Notes: generated by a model not told the origin, from the letters alone. DNA of 63,890 nt, filler included, from Octopus bimaculoides (GCF_001194135.2; 5 parts of 5 records of this genome joined end to end with filler, not necessarily neighbours in it); one strand, 5' to 3'. Positions 36,922-49,940 are shown, counted from the whole stretch's first letter. Numbers and translations: made by a program.

Positions 36922-37858
36922 TGAAAACTTGCTTCCAAAACCTGTGGGAACAAACTATTTACTATATATAACCTATTCTGTTATAAAAGAGTTGAAGCTA
37001 TAAAAAAAAGATCAATAACATTACAAACATATAATGATTCATAATTAGAGAGAGAGAGAGAGAGAGTGTGTTAACTATAAATTCCTGTGGTGCAAAATAT
37101 TTTTCAAGCTGTGGAAATGGGATAGTAAAAATGTGTAAGAGAGAGAAAAAGAGATTCAAATGAAATTTAATGGCATGCGCATACATACACATTTTATTAG
37201 GAACAATGAAACTCATTAGAAAAAAAATGAAATTAATACAAGGAGTGGAACTAGGTGTTATGTGTTGAACAATGAAGCTGAAGCTAATGAGGAAAGAATG
37301 AGATATGTTAACCAAGAAAGAAGGCAAAATACGAATGATGATTATAGGCAAGAATATTTTTCACAAGTCAGTGTGAGAAGCCAAGCTAGAAGAGAAAATA
37401 CAACCAATGAGAATAGACAAGACTTCCTAGAAATTAACCAAAAGATTATGAAGGAAATGACAAGATATTATTATCAAGTGGAAGGTCTATGGCTGACACT
37501 GTACCATAAAATTGGCTGTGGAATTTTCACCAGTACTGCTAGTAATATGACGGACTCTCTCGTTGAAAATAACATATAAGTGTTCAGCTTTTGCTGAATG
37601 ACTTGCACAAATGATTTTTTTATAGTAATCAAATGTATGTGATGTACATTAGCTCACTCCCTCCATCAAATTGATGTTGTCTGAAAAGGTGCATGTTGTA
37701 CCACATGCCAGGTGTTGAAGTGATCGCAAAGTAACATAAGATGAAGTGTTTTGCTGAAGGACACAATGCACCACTTGGTCTAGGAATTGAAACCATGATC
37801 TAGCGATCATGAGTGCAACACCCTAACTACTAGGCCATGCATCCTCACTTAGTAATAA

Positions 37859-37896
<38 letters not shown>

Positions 37897-40800
37897 AATA
37901 TCTCAAAAGGGGTAAAAACCTTTTATATAAGAAAAGATGAACAATGGAATTGTTTCCAAGTAAAGTAATATTTCCTCTAGACTGGACATGTTTCACAGAA
38001 GATTAGAAATAAATGATTTGACTTGTACAGGGTAGGGCAGAGAGGATGGACGTTTTTGAAATGGCTATTACTCAGCCCCAGGGGGAGGGACATATGTCCG
38101 ACAGGTACCATTCGGTCTATGGCGTCTTAGCATTTCTTTTTCTTTGCAGGTGAAGCCATGGTATTGTGGACGATAGAGCAGTGTATGTTTGCCTATGATA
38201 GTTACAGGAAAAATAACAAATCTGCCACAGCGGTTCAGCATCACTTCAACATTCACTGAAATCAGGCTGTTCCCACCAGTTACACAATCTTACATTGGGT
38301 GAATGCACTTCATACACAAGGTACACTAATGAATAGGAAATGGGTGGGGGTGCCATGAACGGTATGAACACCTGAAAATGTAGAATGTGGCAGACAAAAT
38401 TTGATATGAAGTCCAAATCACTCTGCTCAGAGGCATTCCACTGAACTTGACATTGGTAATCGATTATTAAGGCGTATTTTGCATGAAGACCTGCATTTCC
38501 ACCCATACAAATTGGTCATTGGGCAACAGTTGAAACCATGGGACTATGCACAGTGGCTTAATTTCTCACGTCAGATAGAAGCAATTTTTGAGGCAAATGA
38601 CAACCTCATTTTCATCTCAATGGCATGTTGGATCAACAGAACTGTCGTTACTGGGCTCTTGAAAATCCGAGAGAACTGCACAAAAGCCCAAAAGTGACAA
38701 TCTGTGTGCTGTTGGAAAAGCTGCCGTCATTAGTCCTTACTATTTTGAAGACAATAATGGAAATGCTGCTACTGTGAACCCTGAGCATTACATTAAGATG
38801 ATAAACAACTTCTTTGTACTTGAATTATGACGAAAACGTATGCCTATTTGACATGTGTGGTTTCAGCAGGATGGGGCAATGGCCCACGCAGCCAGAGCAT
38901 CAATGGACGTTCTTCGCCCTCTCTTCGGTGACTGCCTCATTTCCAGTTTTGCTGATGTTTCTTGGTCCCCTTGGTCTCCTGGTTTGTCCATGTGTGATTA
39001 TTTCTTGTGGGGAAACCTCAAGGCACATATGTATGAGCATAAGGCCTGTACATTGGATGATTTGAAGGAAGCTATTCGAGTAGAAGTCGCCCAAATTAAC
39101 AATGCTAGAGAGAGTGGAAGCCAACTTCCAAGAACGCCTTCAGAAATGCATCAATGAAAATGGACATCACATGATGGATGTTGTTTTCCACACTTGATTT
39201 TGACAAATGCTAATTCAATACGAACACATTGATGTCAATAAAATTTGTTTGCAGCTAAAATTAAGGATTTTGTGAATTTTTCAAAAACGCCCATCCTCTC
39301 TGTCCCACCCAGTATGACAGTGATGTTCACTTACAACCATCACATGATATCAAGACAAAGAAATATAAAAACACACACACAAACGTAAAAATTAAAAAAA
39401 AAATAACCTAAGAGAAATAACTCACACTGGCCAGTGGTATGTATATGACCAACATAAACAAGTACAGATATATCAAATACCATACAATATAGATTCTTGA
39501 TTATTAAAATTATCTTTGCCTCGAGAGGATGTGTAACATTTACCAAATGGCAATTAAGACAGCTCCATATAAGAAGGGGAGATAATCTCAAGAATCCTTC
39601 AAAGTTGACATGCCATTAAGGAAATAGGTAGGCTTATTGTCTGGATATAAGAGGACAGTTGCCGACTGTCTTACGCACGCACACACACGAGCTTCTTGCA
39701 AATTCTGTCTATCACATCTACTCACATTGTTTTGACTGGACTTAAAAGTCACTTAACCAAGGAGCCACACAAATTTCTAATATCTGTGTCTGTAATATAA
39801 TATATTAGTGCAGTATGTATTAGTAATCTTCCTCATCTATAAACCCATCTAAACAACTATAAAATGAACATACAGAACAACTGATACCACTTCTTAGTGG
39901 TTGTTGTGAGAGTTCAAACATACAGCGAAAAGTAAATTGAAAAGGATACATGTACGTTCATCATCATTTGCATGTTCTAGCTTATCAGCTTCTTTCCCAA
40001 ATAATGTCTGAAAGAAAAATTAAGGAAAAACAGTGAATGGAAATATTTATTTCTCTTTACTTGTAATTTTTCTTTTTTGAATCGTTTTTTTGTACCCAAT
40101 TTTCGAGGTGTGGCTAAGAAGCTTGCTTCCCAAGCAAAAAAGAGTGGAGGGCCATGGTTGGAATAGTTTTGACCATAGGCTTGCTCAATCAGAGCTAACC
40201 TGGGACTAAACAATTTATTTTATCCCCTGGAGAGGTGAAAAGCAGAGTCAACTTGTACAAGATTTGAACTCAACTGCAATGTTACTAAATGTGTTGCTTT
40301 ACTCTCATGGTTATCTTTATCAAACTTAATTTTTAGACTTTTAATAACTCAATTAAGAATCAACTTTGGTTTCCCAATACCTTAATATTAGGGATCTCCT
40401 GGACTACTATTAATAAAGTTGACTCCTAAAATATCTTCATCATTCCATAATAAGATAAAATAGATGCAGTGAGTATTAGCTACTCATGAAGTCACTAATG
40501 AGTTAGGCTATAGGTCAAGTAAAGTATTGATCAAATCACATCATTTTGTATCTTTAGGACAGCACTAGTCAATGTGTTCCTTCCTTTTTCCAAGTCAGTT
40601 ATGTGTTAGTCTACCAACAGTGTGTCTACCAACATATGCAGCATAGCAAAAGCCATATATAGTCAAGACAATATGTTACCAAAGAAAGAAATGTTAGATT
40701 GGTAAATTGTAACTTGTTCTTGCACTATATATGTCTAAGACTAGTCTACTTAGCTTTATGGAGGTACCATGGCTCACTGCTACAAACAACAACATTAATG

Positions 40801-43800
40801 TAAAACTGATGTTACATTAGCTCTCGGAAGACTCAGTTCATGATAGAAGTTGGCCACTTCAAAATACAACAACTTGTATTCCTTCCTTACTTATTAAAAG
40901 AAAAATTTCCATTTGTTCTTCAAATAGAGAATGTTATAGTTTTAGTTTCTTAACAATAAAGGTGAGAAATTTGTGAAGAGTCTTCCACCACCATTGTCAT
41001 CATCATTGTTTAACGTCCACTTTCCATGCTAGCATGGGTTGGACGATTTGACAGAGGACTGGTGAACCAGATGGCTACACCAGGCTCCAATCTGATTTGG
41101 CAGAGCTTCTACAGCTGGATGCCCTTCCTAACGCCAACCACTCTGAGAGTGTAGTGGGTGCTTTTACGTGCCACTGGCATGAAGGCCAGTCCAGAGGTAC
41201 TGGCAACGGCCACGCTCAAAATGGTGTATCTTATGTGCCACCTGCACAGGAGCCAGTCCAGCGGCACTGGCAATCATTTTAAATTCTGTTTTACCATGCT
41301 TGCATGGGACAAACAAGATTACATTGAGGCAGAGTTTTCAACTGTCTATCCTGACACTAATCTTCACCTGCTTCCTAGTAAGGTAATACTCCCCAACTCT
41401 GTTTTCTATGAATTGTACTGACTTACTTTCCAAAGGTTAGATTTCACAAACAGTAGCATATTGAGGAGTTTGATTTCTCTCTTGTAGCCTTTTTCACGAA
41501 GGTAAAGAAGATCAAGGATATGGGAACCAATATGGTAGCCAAACTCTGACAATCTGAAGAAGGGAACAGAAAAAAAATATAGGTTGATCAAATAAGTAAA
41601 TCATACATTATTTTTAACACACTGATCATAAAAAAAAATACGAGTTGATAAGGTAATGTCTGGAACTTTGCACAGAATGAATACTAGGAGAGACTTTATG
41701 CATAAAGCACTAGTTTTCAGTTTTCTTATCAATGATGAAACACACACATACACACAGAGGTCTATATACACACATGAAGGTCTTCAGCACAGTTTGGTCT
41801 AATAAATTCTACTCACAATTTTGGTCAAGGCTATGCCAGAAGAAGCATTTGTCTTGAAGTAGGATCAAACACAAAACCAGGTAATTGCAAAGTGAACTTC
41901 TTAACTGCACAGCAGCCATACCTGAGCTCATGGATGTGAAATAGATATATCCTTCTGGATAAAAAGTTAATCTATCACAAGTAACAATTTTGGAAGATCT
42001 GCTTTTTATACTTAATAGTAAAATGAAGTGATTAGTGTAATTGAACAGTATCTGTCATATGCATAGTTGTTTCAAGTTTTGGCACAAGGCCAGCAATTTT
42101 AAGGGGAGGAGTAGGGTTAAGTCGATTACATCAAGCCCAATACTTGAATGGTAATTTATTCTATTGACCCTGCAAGGATGAAAAGAAAAGTTGGGCCAGA
42201 AGAAATGCTTTTGTCCAAAGCATTAGCAATTCTGCCAGTCTGTTACCTTTGTCACATACATAATGAAACAAGAAATTGATTTAATCTCAAACCTACAGCC
42301 AAGGTCAAGTAATTTTTATTGACTCAGATATTCCATTTCTGACTGCTTTATTGTTGCACATACCTCTGCACTGATAGGTAAGTGAAGCAAGAAAGGTGCA
42401 CTACTTTATCCCAAGTTACACTATCTGAGAACCATACAAACTTAAACGCTTCATTCAAATGGACAGTAACAACAAGGATTAGTCAATAGAATGAGTGATA
42501 TACTTACTTATTCTGAAGCTCTGGTACTGTATAAACACGATTCTGACAATACTGGACAATCTCAGAGAAGAGCAAAGCAAAACTTGCAATGTTCACCTGG
42601 AAAAGATTAAAAATCATGCTAAGTTTTTGTTTGAAGATGACAGACCAACAGGAATATTTAGCATATAAATATTGTCATATTTTATATCAGGGTGACTGAT
42701 GGGACCATTAGTTATTGGGTTCTTATAATAAGAGTTATAAGGGAGTGCCTGTAACACAATGTAGAACAAGAGATTCATTTGAGGGGCACAGGCTTTTATG
42801 TTTACATGACAATCTTTATATCATGCATTCACATACATATATGTATGTGTGTATGAGTGAGTATATATAAATATATATATATGAAGACATGGGATAAAGT
42901 AGTGAGAGCTGATCTCAGGATGCTGTGCCTCAAAGGAGGTGATGACAATGGACTGAGATATTTGGCAATATTAGGCTCTTGAGAAGACCCGCTTACCTCA
43001 GTGAAGTTGAGTTCTGCAAGTGCTGTGTATTATGCCCTCTTCACACACAGGTTACATTAATTCACCTTCTCACCTTGAAATAAACTACATCTTTATACAC
43101 TATGCATGTCACTCCCCACCCTGCTCCTGCAGTCCAACACCACTTTGTAATCTCTCTCCTTTTCCCAACCCTGTCACCTGTACTATTGCTATCCTGTCAC
43201 TTCCCTTATGCTTGTGCTTGCATTCCCCTTCTCCTCTTGTCTCACTCACCCTCATTTTGCACTGGTGAACTCCCTGCTCACTCATTCTGACCAATTCTCT
43301 GTACCATTTCACTTACATTCACTGCTTTGTACTTTGAGGGTATGCCCTGGCAATGTGCACCACCATTTTCTTTCTCTGTCTCTAATTGCGGTAGCCATGT
43401 AACTCCTCTACAGCAAGACACCTGTTTCTGTCCTTGTATCATAGTTTGACCTCTCATCCCTTGGCACAAAGCCACCTCCATCAATACCATTCCCACACTC
43501 AATTGAGAAGTATTTGTCTGGCAAGTTACTTGGTGACCTCACTGGTGCTGGCACCATGCAGAAAGTACCCAGTACATTCTGTTAAGTGGCTTTAGGAAAG
43601 GCATCCAACTGTGGAAATCATGCCAAAGCTGACAGTAGAGCTTGGAGCAGTCCTCTGTATACCAGCTCCTGTCAAACCATCCAACCCATGCCAGCAAGGA
43701 AAACAGATATTAAATGATGATGATGATGAGTGAATTTGGTAGGTGGAAATTCTGTCACGTATATATATTTATGTGTGTGAAAGCAGCCATGCTTCATTTG

Positions 43801-45288
43801 ATAGACAAGAGGGGATATATACATATTATTCACACATGGTACTTGTCTTTCTATTATTCGCCTCCCCTTGTCGTATCCTTATTCTAGCTTTGCACTGCCC
43901 GTTACCCATTTTGCACAGTCTTCTCATCCTGAACTTTTGCTGTCTCTGGAATTTCCCCCCATCTTGGGTCATTCCCGCACATTTTGATCTGCAACAGTTT
44001 CAATGCAACTTTAATAACAGCAAATTACTGGTCTCAGAGGGCTTGCATTTTTAATACACACTGTCCCTTTCTCCAGACACAGCAAGTATTATTATGAAAA
44101 GCAAAGTTGACAGAGTACAGGGGATTGGAACAAATATTGCAAGTACTCCGATGCCCAAATGATTTTGTTAATTAGCTACTATAATTAAAACCCAATATTT
44201 ATGATGTGGACATTACAACAAATTAATAGTAAAGATGAGTTCTTTAAATATATCAACTTAGCATTGTCAACGTCTGTTGTACGTAAAGAAATCAAGAAGT
44301 CTTAAAGACACTGATTCTTTGATGGTGCATTACAAGTAGAATCTAGATGTGTCACTGGTTTTTAAAAGTGGAATTTAAGACTTGAGAAAAATTTAAACTA
44401 ATGCTTCAGTGTCTTGAACTACGTATTTATTTTTTTGTTACAGGCAAGTATTACTAATAAAACAACATTAGCAACTTGATGGTTCTAATAAAAGCAAATG
44501 TAAGTTTGTATACCCAACGCCCATATATATATAAAATGTTACTATCATTTTCTCTGTGCCACGAAGTAAAAGTTTGAAAACCATTACTTTAACAGAATTC
44601 TAACAACGACTGAGTGCCAACATGCTGATTCTTAGGCATTAAAGTTTCAGATTTAGAAGAGAAGTGATGGGATGGAAATCAATCACGTTCATGCTCTCCT
44701 CAAGCGCATTGACAATGTAAATAAGTGAAATGGCAAAATACTGAAATCAAGTTCTAAAACTATTAATAAATATTTTGATTAAAGACAGGGCTCCAGATTA
44801 TAGCCAGGAAAGTCCATATTCTTTAAAAAACATTAATATCGAGGAGAAATGACTGTAATCAGACATGTAAGTTGGTTTATAGACCAATATAACTAAGGTC
44901 TGGGAAGCAAATAAGAGACATAAAAATAACGCCCATTTTTTAAAACACCAGGCAAAATAAAATGCTATACCTATCTAAAAGCTCATTAATTAGATTTTCT
45001 ATCTAAAATACCCGACATGTATTGTAAGTATATATATATAATTAAGATTCGATTAATAAAAAAATTATTTGAAATTGAAAAGACAAGAAACTAGCAGTTT
45101 TCCTTTCGACAATTTCTACGCTGACGTTTAATCAGCATACGGTACATTAATTGATTACACATACATAAAGAACATATAAAGTAAAATAGATACAACACAT
45201 AAGTTAATTGATATTTTCTACTTACTTCGGGCTTTCCTTTGCCCAGTGGTTTTTCGAGATTGGAAATTCTCTGCTTTCCACCCGACAT
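31867..45288 (-). CDS. TRAPPC5: Trafficking protein particle complex subunit 5 (Trs31), complete, 7 coding exons, 186 aa
   Basis: join(45226-45288, 42508-42596, 41427-41553, 39950-40007, 36062-36121, 33374-33438, 31867-31965); all introns GT-AG, phases 0,2,0,1,1,0 are consistent; strong match to the TRAPPC5 family. Confidence 0.97.
33374..33438 (-). CDS. TRAPPC5: TRAPPC5 coding exon 6: (G)SLNCAAFTAGILEAILNGANF
   Basis: AG acceptor and GTGAGT donor. Confidence 0.97.
33515..33954. mobile_element. Fold-back / MITE with arms of about 200 bp in TRAPPC5 intron 5
   Basis: Left arm ...GATGGATGGATGC...GAACAAAGTTTGAATAAAA mirrors TTTTATTCAAACTTTGTTC...TATCCATCCATC; loop about 28 nt; 18-nt extra in the right arm. 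Confidence 0.85.
34600..35680 (-). mobile_element. RTE-clade LINE remnant interrupted by a family-2 SINE (about 35145-35480)
   Basis: YANDLVLIPESIIEL (YADD-like), GSLHVVDSFCY..DLISSGGGCCESIVTRV, LRVK.RFYDSCV*TAMLQGSKTWAL. Confidence 0.8.
36062..36121 (-). CDS. TRAPPC5: TRAPPC5 coding exon 5: (Y)YIIEKEPLVNRFISVPKDK(G)
   Basis: TTTTTTGAACAG acceptor and GTAAGA donor. Confidence 0.97.
36401..36635. mobile_element. MITE / fold-back with TA ends in TRAPPC5 intron 4
   Basis: TAAGTTGCAATA...GCATCCATTATG versus CATAATGGATGC...TATTACAACTTA; arms about 105 bp, loop about 29 nt. Confidence 0.85.
37262..37500 (+). pseudogene. STPR-like 23-aa repeat fragment, possible Helitron N-terminal remnant
   Basis: RRQNTNDDYRQEYFSQVSVRSQA / RRENTTNENRQDFLEINQKIMKE align with a 23-aa period. 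Confidence 0.3.
38028..39312 (+). mobile_element. Full-length (1285 bp) Tc1/mariner-superfamily transposon, DD41D (rosa-type), degenerate transposase
   Basis: TA flanks; TIRs CAGGGTAGGGCAGAGAGGATGGACGTTTTTGAAA and a near reverse complement; ATG at 38158; LHFHPYKL, WFQQDGA, SPG(D)LSMCDYFLWG; 41 residues between the second and third Asp; stops and frameshifts. Confidence 0.92.
39950..40007 (-). CDS. TRAPPC5: TRAPPC5 coding exon 4: TLFGKEADKLEHANDDERT(Y)
   Basis: TTTTTCTTTCAG acceptor and GTATCC donor. Confidence 0.97.
40996..41274 (-). mobile_element. SINE family 2 in TRAPPC5 intron 3
   Basis: Near reverse complement of 23905-24095 plus internal repeat units. Confidence 0.85.
41427..41553 (-). 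CDS. TRAPPC5: TRAPPC5 coding exon 3: (K)LSEFGYHIGSHILDLLYLREKGYKREIKLLNMLLFVKSNLWK
   Basis: TTCTTCAG acceptor and GTAAGT donor. Confidence 0.97.
42508..42596 (-). CDS. TRAPPC5: TRAPPC5 coding exon 2: VNIASFALLFSEIVQYCQNRVYTVPELQN(K)
   Basis: TCTTTTCCAG acceptor and GTAAGT donor. Confidence 0.97.
43545..43730 (+). mobile_element. SINE family 2 (diverged) in TRAPPC5 intron 1
   Basis: AGGAAAGGCATCCAACTG...CCAACCCATGCCAGCA...GATGATG tail. Confidence 0.75.
45226..45288 (-). CDS. TRAPPC5: TRAPPC5 coding exon 1: MSGGKQRISNLEKPLGKGKPE
   Basis: ATG at 45288; GTAAGT donor; possible upstream acceptor TTTTTCTGTAG ending at 45325. Confidence 0.92.
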
Positions 45289-45549
45289 GTTGACGGAAAC
45301 ACGGTGTAAACAGAGAATATGGTCCTACAGAAAAATTACTCTAGTTTACAATGTCTTCCGTCAGTGATTTTTTCTCTCGTAGCACTGATTGTTTTTTCCA
45401 TTGTTTCTCAAACACATATCTGTTGATAAAAATGTTTTCTTTATTTTACTTATTCTAATATTTATTGAGGGTTTATATTTGAATCGAATGCCCCTACTAT
45501 ACATTATGGTAGGGATATCCACACAACTGTGTCTCACCAAGTTTGTTTC

Positions 45550-45983
45550 CTCATAACTTTTAGAAAAAAATAATATTTTTCAATGAAATTTTCTACAAAT
45601 ACGCTTCAATTGCTGTAGATTCTGATTATATCAGAATTTGTAGTAAACAAATTTTTCCGAGAGTGGGAAGAGGAGTTTCGGAAAATTCACCTGAGTCGGC
45701 TTTGTAACCTCGTAGCTTTCAGAAGAATAGGTGTTTTTTTTGATGAAATTTTTTTACAAATGCCTTATGTATGTATGCGAGTTCACCATTTTTTAAAATA
45801 TATATATATATATAAAATTCCGATATAATCGTAATCTACACCATTTGAAAGGTATTTGTAGTAAATTTCATTAAAAAATACCCATTTTTCTGAAAGTTAT
45901 GAGAAAAGAAAGCAGACTCGAGTGAATTTTCCGAAACTCTGCTCCCATACTCAGAATTTTTTTTTTTTTACAATAAATTCTGA
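45550..45983. mobile_element. Compound fold-back element (A-B-A' / rcA-rcB) just upstream of TRAPPC5 coding exon 1
   Basis: GAGTTTCGGAAAATTCAC versus GTGAATTTTCCGAAACTC; the CTCATAACTTT...TACAAATAC unit occurs twice direct and once inverted. Confidence 0.75.
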
Positions 45984-48081
45984 AGATGCTCTTCAGATGT
46001 ATTTCACGCGTTTTGACACTTCTAATCTCATTTTAAAATGATGTCTATAATTGGATGTAAAAGACCGTATTTTTCTTTCACTGACTATAAAATTTGTAAC
46101 CTATATAGAGAAGAAAACTAAAATGAAATATTTCCAAATATCCAATCTCTTGTTCCTACCCTCAGCTCTATGAATTCAACCTCCAAATGTATCGTTACTC
46201 AAGAAACTATTAAAACAAATATTCATGACAAGATTTGGGAGACACATTACAATCAATTTTCAGAAGAATAACATTGATTCCAAACTCCCAATATAACTTC
46301 TTAATTGAATAAATTAATTTTACAAAATTGATGAACTTGTAATGAGAAATACTGAATTTCCACAAATTTTACACAACCAGCTTTGATTGTTGATGGATAC
46401 ATTCGAAAATACAGTTCTTGATACATTTTAAAAAACGTCGGCAAGGTAACACCTGGAAGGCCTTTGATCGGGATTGACCTGGGGCTAAACAACTTCACTC
46501 TATAGCAAATAATTTCACCACAAAGTCACTCTGCATTGTATCTTGCTTCAGCAGAATTTAGGACCCGATATTACTTTTATATCTTCGGCTCTCCCTAAAG
46601 TTTCGAATTACAAGTAGGGTACGAATCGGCTCGAATGACATAATAAGAAGGATGACACCAGAAGTTTTCAAATATAAAAGAAAATGGTATATAAAATGTG
46701 AACGTTATTCTTTAATATACCTCATGTAACAATAAGGTCAAAAACTAAAATCAACATAATTTTGATGTAATTCTTAAAAGATTTTTTTCATTTCGAATTC
46801 TTTCGTTTTCTTACCAATGTTCACTTCACCCACATAAAACTATGCTAATGTAAACATATTTAGGCTTCTTATTTATGTTTCTGATATCGCTGTTCGGTGA
46901 TATACGGGAATATATGCGATTTACGAGTAACATTAGTAGGTACAAATTTACTGGATAATCTGGTACCTGAAGAGATCCACCTTAAACAGTATTATATGAT
47001 CCCGGGCAAGCAATTCACTAGGAATCCTATACAGATAACCAATCCCGGTATGCTTATGTCTTACAACACCAGTCCACATGGGAAGGGATATCACCAACCA
47101 CAGTGACGCCACTTACCTTTTATCTCTCACAGCTGAAGGACTCTGGCAAAAACACCCAAGGGCTAGTTGACAGTGTTAATCCAGGCGACAGATTAAGAGC
47201 AACTTGTTGCTCTACCGATTCTGTCAGCCTTTACCTGTTGTAACTTCAGAAATGACAATTTTCCATATTGGTATGGTATCCCAGAATTTCAAGGAGAGAA
47301 GAAGATGTGACTCTTCAAAGCATTGGTTACTAAATGGTTTTATTAGATGCAATGCCAAAGTTATAAAGTTAATTGGTATTAATTTTATTGATCACTTAGA
47401 GATGAAAATGCTAAGGCAATCCTGGTTGGATTTGGATTTAGAACCAGAAAGAATGAAGCTAATTTGTGTAATGTATTTAAACCACTGTTCAGTCCCATCG
47501 CCTTTTAAACAAGTGCTTCAGTAACCCAACAGATAGTTCAAACTCGGATTCAAAAGGAACAACTATAGTTATCTCCCTTGGACTCTACAGCAACTTAAAC
47601 CTGGTTTATTGGTTAATTCGTCGAAATGAGCATCAATAATAATAAAATAACCTTATTTCATTGATTCTGGTAAAGGGAATACGCGAGAAGAAAATTCAGA
47701 AAATGTATTTGGGCAGACATATCAAGAAATGAACTGAAATGCCAAAATGGAAATCCGGAGAAGACAATAGAGATAACTGGTAAGCAGCTTGAAGTTCACT
47801 TAATTTTTTACCAACTTTTTGTAAACAGTAAGAGAAAAATATGTAAATAAGAATTGAAATACTTTATTGAAGGCGAATTTTAATTGTATGAAAAAAAATG
47901 ACCTCAATGGATCTGAAAAAACCCCCCAAAAACAACAAAAAAAAAAAAACAGACGGCGAAAATAATTTTCGAGTGGCAACAATCAATATGATAAAAAGAC
48001 CTCTGAATATTTCAGAAGTAAATCTGTTATCCATAAAATATTTATTCATTATCAGAGCCAAGTTCTTTGAAAAAAAAACAA

Positions 48082-48135
48082 AAACGAAACGAAACGAAAC
48101 GAAACGAAACGAAACGAAACGAAACGAAACGAAAC
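48082..48135. repeat. (AAACG)n pentanucleotide microsatellite, cut by the linker
   Basis: About 11 perfect units. Confidence 0.95.
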
Positions 48136-48260
48136 NNNNNNNNNNNNNNNNNNNNNNNNNNNNNNNNNNNNNNNNNNNNTTAATTAATTAANNNNNNNNN
48201 NNNNNNNNNNNNNNNNNNNNNNNNNNNNNNNNNNNATATATATATATATATGTATATATA

Positions 48261-48293
<33 letters not shown>

Positions 48294-49659
48294 GCGTGTG
48301 TGTGTGTATCACTGAAACCGTAAGAGTCTATTTATAATCGAGAGAATGATCAAATCTCATTAGATGCCTCTGTGTGTGTGAGTGTGTGTGTGCATGCATA
48401 TGTGCATGTATTTAAATGTGTAGGAATGTGAATATCGTTATTCTCTGATATCTTTGTGTATATCTTTATAAATGACTGTGTATATTAAACGGAAATTGAA
48501 GGAAAAAGCGGCTCCAAACATACTCTTACGCTTGCCAAAAGTATTCCGTTTGAACTAAGTTGAAGCTGATTTATTAGTGTATGTGACCATTGCATTGTTA
48601 CATATATATGTTAAACGTATGGAATTAACACGTAGCCTGAAACCAGTTTTACAGATAGCACGCGAAGTGAGTGACTATTTGCAATGGTAATAGTAATCTC
48701 ACACAAATACATGCATATGCTACTCGTGTGAGTGTGTGTGCGTGCTTGTTTGTGTGTCTATGCGCATGTATGCTGGTATGGATGTGGATATGTGGATTCT
48801 AAAAGGATAAGTGTTTACAAATTGATCACTGAATGCCTCTGGCGTGAAATCAACGTGCAGTTTGATGTACATAAAAGCGAACTTTAGATATAAATGATCA
48901 ATTGTAAAAGAGATATATTAGAATGAATTAGTTCAAGTAAATTGTGAGATAAGATTTTACTATGTAGAACGCTAAACAACTTATCAAGGGAAACTATGAA
49001 ATGTTAACACCCCAAAATCGACTGAGACGTTATATTTGTCTGAGCAGACAAAATGACTCCAAATTTTCTGATATGATCGTTTCGACGTGGAAATAATTAT
49101 GAAGCGACATATGCACAATAATTCATAATAATTCAACGTAATTTCAAATACAATAACTCGAAGTATAATTTAAATAATTAATTATAAAATCAATTATATA
49201 ATATACACAGAATGACGTTTAGAGACTGCTTAGAATGATAAGATCTATGTTCAAGCGAGCACACTGTACATTTCGAATCTATAGGAAAAGAATAGGATTG
49301 AATAAATGCTCTGTTTGTTTAGTTACATGATGATAAGATTCCAAGTAAACTACTAAGCAAAACGTCAGAGATGTGGTGGGCCTAGTTTGGGTGACAGCTT
49401 GTTGCGGTGGAACTTGTGTAGCGACGCCAAGCCAGTACCTATCTCACAGATACAGTGACGATTTTACTAGAGAAGGATATATCTGAGAGAGGAGACAACA
49501 GAGATGTATGTACTGTACTACAGACAAAACAATACATACGCGATTACATATATGCATACGTACATATATCTACCTATCAATCTATCTATGTAGCTATCTA
49601 TCTCTCGATATCTATATCTTTCCTCCCTTTGTCTCTCTCTCTCTCTCTCTCTCGCTCTA

Positions 49660-49713
<54 letters not shown>

Positions 49714-49940
49714 CAGAGAGAGAGAGCGAGAGATATATATAAATAGATAGTTAAATAAGTGCAAATGTATATATATTAGTCAGTAAATAGTGGAGTTGTG
49801 TTATATATATACATTTACACACACACACACACACACACATACACACACACACACACTCACACACACACATATATATATACATATATATATATATATAAAT
49901 ATATATATATAGAAGANNNNNNNNNNAATATATATATATA

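Noticed and set aside
43780-43880. GACAAGAGGGG/CCCCTTGTC hairpin as a pre-miRNA
   Set aside because: The stem is short and imperfect and the loop is about 50 nt.
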